This document shows, in pieces, positions 49,601 through 61,312 of a stretch of 64,000 bases of DNA. A program made the position numbers and the translations under genes. The notes beneath the pieces were generated by a model, which saw nothing but the letters and a program-made list of their open reading frames with translations, ran no database searches and was not told the DNA's origin. Source of the DNA: Guillardia theta CCMP2712. Taxonomy: Eukaryota; Protista; Cryptophyta. Each line of letters opens with the position of its first letter. Position 1 is the first letter of the stretch. The stretch covers positions 440,973 through 504,972 of the forward strand of contig NW_005434644.1 in assembly GCF_000315625.1 (NCBI RefSeq), read 5' to 3'.

Positions 49601-50563
49601 ATCCGCTCCCCCCGGTACACCAGCGCCCGTCGCAGCATCAAGACCATGCTCAGCACGATGATCACGATGATGCTCTGATACGACACCAACCACGCCCCTG
49701 CTGCACACGCGTACACCACGTTCGAGAGCAGCCCCAGCTCGATCGCCGACGACTCGCTGTACAGGAGCGGCCCGGGGAACAGAAGCACGTCCTGCCCAGC
49801 ACCCCCGTCAGTCCCCCTCAGCCGCCTAGAGCTCGTCGCTCCCCGCCCTCCCGTACCTTGACCGCGACGAGCAGAAACAGAAACGAAGGTGTCCCAAGCA
49901 TCGTCTTGTGGTAATCGCCCCGTACCTCCAGCCGAAGGAATATCAGCATGTTGCAGGCCGCGTCGAGCGCTCCGAAGAAAACAAAGATCTGGAGCCCCCC
50001 CAAGCCTCATGTCAGCTCCATGCTCCACCCCGACCTCCCGCCTGACTCACCTTGTTCACCCACTGCACTCTGTCCAAGGCTGCTCCGATCCCCGCCATCA
50101 GCAGAGCAAGCGGAGGGAAGAACCAGCTCAGCAGCTCCAGACGCGCATCCCAGCCGCACGACACGTTGCTGGGTATCGCGCGCGGCTCTAGGATGACATG
50201 CATCGAGCTGATTGATGGGAAGAAGAAGTCTTGCTGCCGGAGAGCTGCGACCTCGTATATCCTCACCACCAGCCAAGGCACGGCCACGAGCAGAGCGATG
50301 AGCTGACCGGCTCTCGAGGTCATGAAGGAAGTGATGGGCTCCCATGAGAAGACAGACAGGAGGGGATCGTGACGGTAGACGTGCCTGTCCTTCAAGGCAA
50401 GGTCCATGAAGTTACCGGGCTGCTGCGTGTAGTTGCGCACAAAAGCATCCAGAAAAGACGCGTGATTGACCTCGATGATGGTCGAAAGTGCAATTTCAGT
50501 CCTTGCATCCACGGGCGACGCCGTTTCAATATCATCATTCTGACTTGTGTTGCTCATGGTCAT
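46660..50563 (-). CDS. Multi-pass membrane protein with two RelA/SpoT-like domains, copy 1 (exons 50563-50051, 49988-49857, 49791-46660)
   Basis: GT-AG introns give an in-frame join WVNK/IFVFFG..VAVK/DVLLFP. Two K..R...K / LLDVVR / RIKNR / GGYRD / CEL domains, each preceded by TM helices. Confidence 0.85.
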
Positions 50564-50982
50564 TTTGTAAATGATTCCATCCTTGTCATGAAACTGCTCA
50601 AGCAGTTTTGTGGCATGTCAAGGTCGTATCTTCTTCTGAAACCCCATGAAACAACTAGCATTGCTGTCTACCTGTAAAATATGTCAATGATGAAGCTCCG
50701 TTCTCGTCAGATGGTCATGATAATTCAACTTGAAGCAAGCATTCCTGTTTCCTTTCCCAATAGGGTTCTGCGCTCTTCTTGAGAGTAAGAGGCTTGTAGA
50801 TGAGCAGGCAAGACAAGTTTGTCCACAAATAATTCTAACACCCTGATGCGATGAGCTCGTTCCTTTTCGTTCTTTCAATCCCCTCCCCTGTTTCCACCCT
50901 CTGAGTATCTTCTCGCAGTGGTGCCAAACAGCTCCACTTGACCCTTCTCAACGCATCTTCTCGCATCCTCTCTTCACAAGTT

Positions 50983-51135
50983 CCTCGCCTCGCCTCGCCT
51001 CTCCTCTCCTCTCCTCTCCTCGCCTCGCCTCGCCTCGCCTCGCCTCGCCTCGCCTCGCCTCTCCCCTCCCCTCCCCTCCCCTCCCCTCCTCTCCTCTCCT
51101 CTCCTCTCCTCTCCTCTCCTCTCCTCTCCTCTCCT
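50983..51135. repeat. Pentanucleotide (CCTCG/CCTCT/CCTCC)n array
   Basis: Directly visible. Confidence 0.9.
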
Positions 51136-51827
51136 CTTTTCTTCTCTTATCTCATTTCCATCCTAATTCATTCTGCATCAGCGCTGGCTATGGTCGACTC
51201 TCATTGCGATCATCCCGTCAAGCCCCCAACCCCTCATCTTCTGTTCCACACCACTGTGCACTTCGGTATCACCGGTACTTTTCCCCTTCCAGAGATGGGG
51301 TATAGGGTGAAGCTTTACTAGAGGTCAGCAAGGGCCAGACCACGGGTACTTTAGTCTATATTTTGCGGGGGTGGAGGGAAAAATATCAATTTATTGGAAA
51401 CGGCGGTACAAACAAATTAGTTTTAAGGGGTTCCGCCGTACCAGTCAGAGCGGGGGAATATCATTCTAAAACCCCATTTATAAAATGTAAACCAATGGGC
51501 CCCACGTGATCCAGTCACGGCTCCGGTACCAACTTTCCTTTTTACTCAACATCGATCACAGTACAGCTGTTCGAAGTGACTGAAGTTTTTACTCACCGCT
51601 CCCAACCTGGAGGGGGTAGACAAAAAGGCGAACCTTCTACGTTCTGAAAGTGCAAAGTACCCGTCCGGATGTGGGAAAAGGCTCTGTGAGAAACGGGTGG
51701 GGTCATTACACGGTAAATCATCGTAGTGCCGCAAGGGGGGAACAGGGGTAGTCGCCGGAAGAGGGTCGTATCTAACATGGTCAGGTGACAATTGCGGCAA
51801 CATGGCCATGAAGCAACAGCAGCTCTG

Positions 51828-54800
51828 ATGTCAGCAAGTGTCATAGCTGGCGAGAGGGAGCATGGTTGCAGACAACTTGATCCGATCTCACATGAGCATA
51901 ACGACCTTCGTATGACCCAGGATCCAGAAAGGCTCGAGCCCCTGAATGAATCAGGCTGCGACCTTTCAATCGAAATCGCGGACAGGTTTGAAAGCGAAAC
52001 GTCCTCTCACGATGATTTCATCGAGAGATCTGGCACTAGAGACTACAACTTCATATTCTCATTGCTACCAGGCTCGACAGGAGAAGATTCTTTCAGTTGG
52101 AGACGAACCTATGCTTACACATACACGCAGCAGCCCGGTAACTTCATGGACCTTGCTTGGAGGGACAGGCACGTCTACCGACACGATCCCCTCCTGTCTG
52201 TCTTCTCATGGGAGCCTATCACTTCCTTCATGACCTCGAGAGCCGGTCAGCTCATCGCTCTGCTCGTGGCCGTGCCTTGGCTGGTGGTGAGGATATACGA
52301 GGTCGCAGCTCTCCGGCAGCAAGACTTCTTCTTCCCATCAATCAGCTCGATGCATGTCATCCTAGAGCCGCGCGCGATACCCAGCAACGTGTCGTGCGGC
52401 TGGGATGCGCGTCTGGAGCTGCTGAGCTGGTTCTTCCCTCCGCTTGCTCTGCTGATGGCGGGGATCGGAGCAGCCTTGGACAGAGTGCAGTGGGTGAACA
52501 AGGTGAGTCAGGCGGGAGGTCGGGGTGGAGCATGGAGCTGACATGAGGCTTGGGGGGGCTCCAGATCTTTGTCTTCTTCGGAGCGCTCGACGCGGCCTGC
52601 AACATGCTGATATTCCTTCGGCTGGAGGTACGGGGCGATTACCACAAGACGATGCTTGGGACACCTTCGTTTCTGTTTCTGCTCGTCGCGGTCAAGGTAC
52701 GGGAGGGCGGGGAGCGACGAGCTCCAGGCGGCTGAGGGGGACTGACGGGGGTGCTGGGCAGGACGTGCTTCTGTTCCCCGGGCCGCTCCTGTACAGCGAG
52801 TCGTCGGCGATCGAGCTGGGGCTGCTCTCGAACGTGGTGTACGCGTGTGCAGCAGGGGCGTGGTTGGTGTCGTATCAGAGCATCATCGTGATCATCGTGC
52901 TGAGCATGGTCTTGATGCTGCGACGGGCGCTGGTGTACCGGGGGGAGCGGATGATCGCGGGGGATCGGGCGGCGTTTTGTAGGGAGTGGGAAGGGCTGGC
53001 AGACAGGAGCAAGGAGGCGATCCAGCACCTGTCGAAGCAAGTCAGGGAGTATGCAAGTACGATGGCCGAGCGCGTGGCGAGGGCAGACGACGAGACGGCA
53101 GGAGACGCTGAGGCGAGGTCGAGCCTGAGGCAGCTGCACACGCTCTACGGGAGCGGTCGAAGCCTCACAGAGACGGTACAAAAGGGGACGTTTGTTGTAG
53201 AGCAGCGATCGGCCGCGGGGCCGGTCAACAGCCTGGACCAGCTGTACGCTCACGCGGTGCTGATAGAGCCCATCTTCAGGGAGAAGGCGCTGGGGCTTGC
53301 GGCGGAGGCCAAGGGGATGATCCCGCTACGGCTGAGCGCGGATGACAAGAGAGAGTACGTGCGGCTGGAGGACATCCGGGGGGACGTGAGCTTGATGAGG
53401 CACGTGGAATGGCCTAGAATCAAGAACGTCGACCGCGCCATCGACAAGATCCTCCGCCTGTGCGATGGGCAGACGTCGAGGCTGCTGGACGTGGTGCGGC
53501 AGTGCATCGTCTTCGAGCGGCTCGAGGACCTGTGCGAGTGTCTGGAGCGGATCCTGGGAGACCCCGAGATCGTGGTGATGAGGATCAAGAACAGGCTGGA
53601 CCCGAGCTTCGACGCGCGGACGACGGGAGGGTACCGAGACGTGGCGGTGAACCTACGGGTGGTGACGGAGAGGACGAGGGAGCTGGGGGTAGCGGGGCAC
53701 GTTTGCGAGCTGCGGCTGGGGGTGATGGGGATGCATGTGCTATCGACACGGGAGCGGCGGCTGCGGTACCGAGGGGTGAAGCAGGTACTGAGGTACGAGA
53801 GGGCATGGTTGGCAAAGCGTGGTACTTGGTCAATGTCGGAGCTGGTAGAGGAAACGAAACTTTCATCAATCCAAGTCAGCATGAGCCAAGTGTCTGCGTC
53901 GTTTGTTTGGAGTCAAGAGGGAATAACGCAGTCCGAAGCGATAATACAGATGTATGAAGCTTCCACTGAATGCCCACAGAGCTCTTTCATGAAGTACAAG
54001 GGCAAGTACCCGGGGGGTATCATGGACGAGAAGCTACGAAACATCGTCACCGGGATACAGAATACCATGACCTCGAGCGTCATCTTCTCCTCCAACCCTG
54101 TCAAAAATACGTTACAAAAGGTGACAACGCAGGTCGTTCTTCTTGCCGTCGCGGGCTTTCTCACTTACATGTACGTCGCATCCCTCAATGTCAGTGGATT
54201 CCTCGAGAACAAAGCTACTTCAGTTTACGTCGCAAGATTGCACATACAAGAATACCGCGATCAAGCTCCTCGCGCCTCCGTTCCCAGCGCCTCCGTCTCC
54301 AACTTCTCTCTCATGCTTGACAGCTGCAACCAGCGATCTCCGGCGTCCACCAAGACGGTGAACAACACGCTCTACTTCTTCTTCGCTCCGCCGGCGGAGG
54401 CCAACGGCTGGCACTTCAGCCTCAACCCTGACAAGCAGCTGGCGAGCTACGACCCGATCGCCTTCAACCTCTCGATACTGGAGCGGCCGGTGGGGAGCGG
54501 GGAGGAAGTAGAGAGTGTGTCGGGGAAGGCGTGGAAGGACTGGACGAGCTTCTCGTGCAGAGAGAGGCCGGGGATGGGAGTGTGCAAGGAGGGCGAGGCG
54601 TACAGGGGGGCTCGGATGTACTTCAACGTACAATATCTAGTGTTTCGCATCCTTGCGATTTTGATCTCGATAATTCAGCCTCTTGTATGTATCTTGGCGG
54701 TAGTGACGGCAAGGCTAGGGTATCGACGGGTACCGAAGACGATGTTCGCGTCCTTGTTTCACGTGGTCGGAGTGTTTGAAATCTTCTTCTTTGCGGTAGG

Positions 54801-55911
54801 CAACGAGACTACGGGGAGCGGCTTGATATGGGGCATTGGGGACCTTTCTTTCGGGATGGTCATCGAGTTTCGAGAGCAGTACATGATGACAGTCTTGCCG
54901 TTCTACAGCATCTTCACCTCGGTCGGGGTTTCAAGCCTCGTCACCCATGGATACAAGCGTGTTCCGGACATATCCAATCTTGGATGGAGCAACTTCCCCC
55001 TGATAGCGATGTGGTTGTACTTCACTATAGGCAGAAAACTCCACCTGCACAGAGCCTTCAAGAACGTCAAGTCGGAGCTTCTCAAGTACAACGACCTCTG
55101 GGAGTCTCTCTCTTCCTCTCAAAACAGCCGCCTGACCCTGGAGCGCATCGGCCAGCTGGTCTCGCAGGTCCAAGTGCCGACCAGGCTGGCTCAGAGCCGC
55201 GTGCATGACCCCGACAGCCCGCTAGAGGAGTCGTCGAGCCCGCTGGAGTGGATGCTGAGGAGGAGCCAGGGCGGGTCCTCCTCGCTGCGTGTGCCGAGCA
55301 AGAGTGTGTGGCCGCTGAGCAAGGACCCGCGGGTGGTGTCGCTAGACCAGCTGTACGCGCAGGCGGTGTTTGCCGACCCGATCTTCCGGAAGAAGGTACA
55401 GGAGCTGGCGGAGGAGTCGAGGGGCTTGTTCCCGGCTCTGCCTTCAGGTAGCGAAGAGTCGGTGGAGTGTATCGGGTGGAGGGAGGCAAAGGAGGACGAG
55501 GAGCTTCAGCAGCGGATCCGATGGGCGCCGATGAAGAGCGTGGACCGGGCGGTGGAGAAGCTCGTGCGATCCTACAACAACGACGTGTCGAGGCTGCTGG
55601 ACGTGGTGCGGCAGTGCATCGTCTTCGAGCGGCTCGAGGACCTGTGCGAGTGTCTGGAGCGGATCCTGGGAGACCCCGAGATCGTGGTGATGAGGATCAA
55701 GAACAGGCTGGACCCGAGCTTCGACGCGCGGACGACGGGGGGGTACAGGGACGTACTTGTGAATCTACGGGTGGTGACGGAGAGGACGAGGGAGCTGGGG
55801 GTAGCGGGGCACGTGTGCGAGCTGCAGCTTCTGGTGAAGGGGTTTATGGATCTAAGGACGACGGAGGGGCACAAGAGGTATGTAGCGTATAGGAACCTGA
55901 GATGTGAGTAG
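51828..55911 (+). CDS. Multi-pass membrane protein with two RelA/SpoT-like domains, copy 2 (exons ~51828-52502, 52565-52696, 52762-55911)
   Basis: Near-identical inverted paralog of copy 1 with the same two introns. Confidence 0.85.
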
Positions 55912-56663
55912 GCAAGTTTGGGTGAATAGTCCTTCAAGTATGTATGTCAGGTAATGAATCAGTGAGTTAATGTACTTGATCGTCACAGTGAACTTGTGAC
56001 TCGGAACGCCGGCACCGCCGCGCACCAGTCAGTCCCGTGACTCCTTGCCGCCGCGCAGGCCGGGCGGCCCCGCGCTTCAACCCGGCCCGGACTCGGGAAC
56101 CGGGAACCGGGTGCCGGCCCGGTTACCCTCATCCCCATCTCAACCCTTGACTCCTCTTGCCATGCTGTCGGGCACTTTGATTGAGTTTAGGATGCCCGCG
56201 AGCGCGCGGGAGGGAGAGCATGGAAGAAGAAGGACATGGAACGTGAGGAGGAAGAGGAAGGGAAGGAAGCAGGCAGGGGAAGAGAAGGAAGAGAAGTGTG
56301 AGAACAGGGTGGTCAACAATGAAGGAACAGGGCAGTTCGACACGTCAGGGGAGTGAGCGGAGCATGGGAGGTGGGTAGGGTCCTCGTAGCTGAGGAATCA
56401 GCGAAAGAGCCATATGAAGTAGAGGAGAAGGGGACTAGACCTTTACAGGAGCACGAAGGAGCGAGGCAGCTCGATCGTTGGACGAAGCGGGAAGATATAG
56501 TTGCCCAGAGTTCTTGCTGACGGTCAGTTTCAGCCAGGGAGGAAGACGGCTAAAAATGGCGGAAATGAGCTTCGGCAACCGGCGAAGCACTGTACTCGTG
56601 ATCTCTGATTGACCTGACTTATCTGAGCTTGGCGATCAGGCCTACCGACGCAGCGAAGAAGGA

Positions 56664-58575
56664 ATGCCGTCGTTCAACCCTGTAGCTTTCTTTCAGGTCC
56701 GTACGTTGTCAGCCGGGCATGCCGAGCCTGAGTTTGATTCCGCAGGGATGTATAGCGTCAAGGCCCGATACTCTGCATGTAAGACTCGGAGCGGGGCTCA
56801 GTCTCCACATGGTGAAGTTTTTCGTGCTAGGACAAGGCTCCGCTTGTCGTCGACTTCCCCGACAGGCCTTCGAAGATGCTTGCTGCTGTTCTTCCAGTGA
56901 GATCGCGCGAGCAGCCAGCTGAGTGACTTGATCTCCTCACCCCCTGCTTGCAGGACTACGGCTCAGCCAAGAGGTTCAAAGTTCAGGTTTGACCAGCTAC
57001 AAGTCGGTTGGCCACTGACCGTCCGGTAGATGGTCGACCTGCCTCGCCTCCCAATGGGCAAGCTGAAGTCGACTGAGGTCTTGCCATGGCAGCTCGCGTC
57101 CTCTACAGGCGTGACCGCTCCTCAGGTGCTGGTAGAGGTGCATGCGGCTGGTGTGAACCCAACGGACTGGAAGCAACGGAAGGTCAGTGCTATGTACAGT
57201 GATTGGTGGAAGGGAGGGAGCGTACAGGGAGCGGACGATCAAGCTCGGAGGAGACGGAGAGTGAGAGGACGATGATGCTTGTTGGTGGCAGGGAACTCTT
57301 TCGCAGATCTTTCCTCTCACCCTCCCCTGCATCCTGGGCATCGATTTCAGTGGCAGGGTAGTGCGTGCTGGGGAGGATGCTTCTTTCTCCGAGGGAGACG
57401 AGGTGTTTGGGCGGCAGACCCTCCACCGTATGACGGAGCTCAATGGCAGCTATGCTGAGTACTGCATCGTAGATAGTCAGGACATCTTCCACAAGCCAGA
57501 GAACCTGAGCCACAAGGAGGCTGCCGGGGTGCCGCACGCTTGCCTAGCTGCGTACGCGTGTCTAGCACGAATCGGAAAGCTGCTGGAGAAGAGGACAGCG
57601 ATCGACAAGGCTGTCTTCATCCTCGGAGGCAGCGGAGGCGTCGGGACGTTCGCGGTCCAGCTCGCGAAGCATCACTTCGGGTGTTACGTCATCGCAAGCT
57701 CCTCCTCCAAGAATGCCGAGCTGCTGCGATCGCTGGGAGCTGACGAGGTGCTGGACTACGAGGACCCCGCATTCCTCAAGAGTATGGGGTACACCAAGGT
57801 CGATGCGATTGTGGATTGTGTGGGAGGAGACGACTACTGGGTGGCGTTCAAGCCGAGCCTCAAGGCGGATGGAGTCTACGTGACGCTGGTGGGGAGTGAG
57901 AGGCATTTAGCTAACGACAAGAGCATCGACTACACATTAGCCTTGCAGATTCAGGCGGATTATTTCATGCGGCAAATCTCCAACAGGATAGGAGCTGCAC
58001 AGAACTACCACATCCTGACCGGATCGCAGCTGCAGAGCAGCGACCTGAAGATCATCGCGAGCCTGTTGGAGGAGGGGACGCTCAAGGTGGTCCAAGAGAA
58101 AAGCTTCTCCCTCTATGACATCGCGCTTGCGCATGAGCTGTCGGAGACTCGCCATGCAGTCGGGAAGATTGTGATCGAGATCCGAGCAGAGGAGGAGGGG
58201 AGGAAGAAGTCGGAGGAGGCGGAGAAGGGGGCGAGCGTGGGGGCATCCAAGACGAACTCCAAGACATCCAAGGTCAAGTTCAACCCAACGAGCGTCCCTG
58301 AGCATGATTCAGAGGATGAGTTTGAAGAGTTTCGCCCTCCTCCTCTTCCGCAGCAGCAGCAGCAGCAGCAAGAGGAAGAAGAGCAGCAGAACTTTTACGG
58401 AGCCCCCGGGATGATGTGGAGCCAAGGCCGGGAGCTGGAGAGGAAGCAGGCTTCCGCTGCTGCTCCTCCCGAGCTTGCGCCAAGCTCGGCTCATGATCGG
58501 ATGTCAGGAACGAGCTTGCGGCAGCCTGACACAGGATCTGCCTTGAAGATGCGGCTAGAATCACTTCAGCGAGAG
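56664..58575 (+). CDS. MDR-family NADPH quinone-oxidoreductase-like domain (zeta-crystallin/RTN4IP1-like); 5' part of a longer gene
   Basis: VLVEVHAAGVNPTDWK, ILGIDFSGRV, GSYAEY, VFILGGSGGVGTFAVQLAK, LGADEVLDY, GKIVI. Confidence 0.9.
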
Positions 58576-58714
58576 GTAAATGATGGAGGGAGGGGGGAGG
58601 AGGAGGAAGGGAAGGGGAAGGGAGGGAGGGAGGGAGGAGGAGGAGGAGGAGGAGGAGGAGGAGGAGAGGAATGGGGAGTAGGAGGAAGAGATTTGTTGAC
58701 AAAAGGCAAAAGGT

Positions 58715-59260
58715 CTTTGAATCGACGAAGAGGGTTCAAGACCTCAAGAAGCAGACGCTCTTGTCCTCCGCCAAGGCTGATGAGACTCTCGGACACTTTC
58801 CTTCTGCCGCCGCAGAGAGCAACGGGAGCGTCTCGAAGCCCATCCTGAGGCAGAAATTTCGCGCGGAGGAAGAGGACGAGCAGGAGAAAGAGAGCGAGAG
58901 GATGAGGGAAGATGGGGTCTACAGCTCGGACGTGAACAGGAGAGAAAACGGTCATTCCCTGGTGCAGAAAGCTCAAGCGTTGAACCTGAGGGAGGAGCGA
59001 GTAAGTTCGGAGGGAGCAGAGTGGCGGGAAGGGTCTTAAAAAGCAGGAGGAGGAAGGGGGGGAGTGGTGGTGGGAAGGACCAGGAACAGGAGGAAGGGGA
59101 CGAGGAAATTTTCACTAGGTTGCACAGGTATTGGAGCCCAAGGGAAGGGCAAGAGACCTCGAGGTTGGTTGCATGAAATGACAAGCGAAAATGCTGCGAA
59201 TGAGGAGAGGGTGATTGTAGTTCAATGGCGTTATCGGTGCTGCTGGTGCTGCTGTATTCA

Positions 59261-59321
<61 letters not shown>

Positions 59322-61278
59322 GCATTGTCTTGTCCAATTCGACAAATCAAAAGTGCTTGCCATGGACATAATCTTTCTCACCATCCTCGTTGCTTGCTGG
59401 TTCTCCTCCGTCATCCTGTGACCAACTGCTTACCCTACAGAACCCCGTCCACATGCTTGTGAGCCGACAAGGAGCTCCTACTTTACCTCGAGAGGAGGAA
59501 GAGGAGGAGGAGGAGGAGAGGATTGAGAAGCAGGAGGCAGCTCCTGTCCGCAAGAGGAACGGGAAGAGGGTTGAGGTGCAGCCCATCCCGGAAATTTCTA
59601 TCTTGCGCAGCAATCAGCAGCAAGAGGAGGAAGAGGAGGAGGAAGGGAAGGAGGAGGGCGGGGGTCATGAGCACCAGTTCTCATCCTCATTCCTGGATTA
59701 CCATGCTCTTGCTCAGCGGCAAGCGGAGGAAATGCGATTGAGGACGATGCAAATGAACGTCAAGTCTCGTGAAGGGGACGAGGACGAGGACGAGGACGAG
59801 GAGGACGAGAGGAGGAGGATGGAGGACCCCAGGCTGCGAGTGAGCTGGCGAGATGAAGAGCGGACTGCCTCGCAGGCGAAGCGCGAGCAGGCAGTGCAGC
59901 GACTGAGGGAGATGATGGGCGAGGAGGAGCTGCCGGCGGTGAGTGGAAAGCTCGTCGGCTGCTGAGCGCCTGACTTTTCTTGCAGCCACCCGAGTTTGGC
60001 GGGAGAGAGCAGCTGGGAAAACCTCCGTCGATCCTGAGAGACTCGGTCTTGGTGGGGCGAGGAGAGGAGGGGAGAGGAGAAGAGTGGGGAGGGGAGGGGA
60101 GGAAGCCCTTTCCGCAGCCTGAGGTTGAGGAGGAGACGATGGGTCGCTCGAGCTTTGCTGGTTGGCCTCTTCCCTTCCCCTCTCCTCTCCTTAAAAAGGT
60201 ATATATCATGCGTCTCAACCTGCTGATACTGGAGAGCAGGTTGGAGACAGGACTGGGGAAGGGCAGGATGTTCGAGCCTCCTAAGCAGGAGGAGGNNNNN
60301 NNNNNNNNNNNNNNNNNNNNNNNNNNNNNNNNNNNNNNNNNNNNNNNNNNNNNNNNNNNNNNNNNNNNNNNNNNNNNNNNNNNNNNNNNNNNNNNGGTCT
60401 TCTTTCTTGTTCCAGCAGCTCGCTCGCTTCCTCGCTCGCCCCCCCCCCCTCCCCCTCCCTCCTCCTCCTCCTCCTCCTCTTTCTCCTTCTCCTTCTTCTT
60501 CTCCCTCTCGAGCTACTTCGACCGCCATGACTTTATACCCCATCGTTCTTCAACCTCATCCGCGTCTTCTTGGCAGGACCTGAGCGCACAAGGAGGAGAG
60601 CCTGAAGGTTCTTCACTCCTGACGTGCGAGGAAGACACTCACCGCCTTCCCTAGCCCCCACAGGCCCCATCCTCTACGAGGGCATCCTCAGGAAGAAGAA
60701 GGAGTCGCACGGCAGGTCTCCTTCCTACTCTCCCCCTCCTTGTGCTCGCCCTCGTCCTCGCCCTCCTCGTCCTCTTCGTCCTTCTACTCGTCCTCGTCCT
60801 CGTCCTAGTCCACCTCGTCCTTCTTGTCCACTCGTTCATCGTGCACTCTTTTCTCTTGTTCTTCTCCAACGCCCCCGTCAGGTTCGAGGATCCCTACAAG
60901 ATGGTCTGCGTCTGCCGCCTGCAAGGAACATGCTTGCGTGTCCGCTTGACGCACAACGGAGAGGTCAAGGAGAGGAGGAGGGGAGAAGAGGAGACGGCGA
61001 GGAAGCAGAGGGGAAGAAGCAGGCGGGAGGAGCGAATGGTGGCGGGAGGAGCTAGGAGGAGGAGCTGGGAAGGGGAAAGCTGAGGAAGAGGAGCAGGTGG
61101 TAGGGCTGGAGGAGCAGTATCATCTCAACGACTCTCCTCTCGGATGGAAATTAATCCCGAGAAGCGACAAAGCTGACAAGTTCTCCCTCGTTCGAAACCT
61201 CCCGAATCCCAATGAGGTTCTCCTGCTCCTGCTCCTGCTCCTGCTCTCGCTCTCGCTCTCGCTCCCGCTCTCGCTCCC

Positions 61279-61312
<34 letters not shown>

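Noticed and set aside
52525-52761. ORF-track N-terminus MEHGADMRLGG... (also 49792-50028)
   Set aside because: It lies in predicted introns and an off-frame exon; splicing to the upstream TM exons gives a coherent protein
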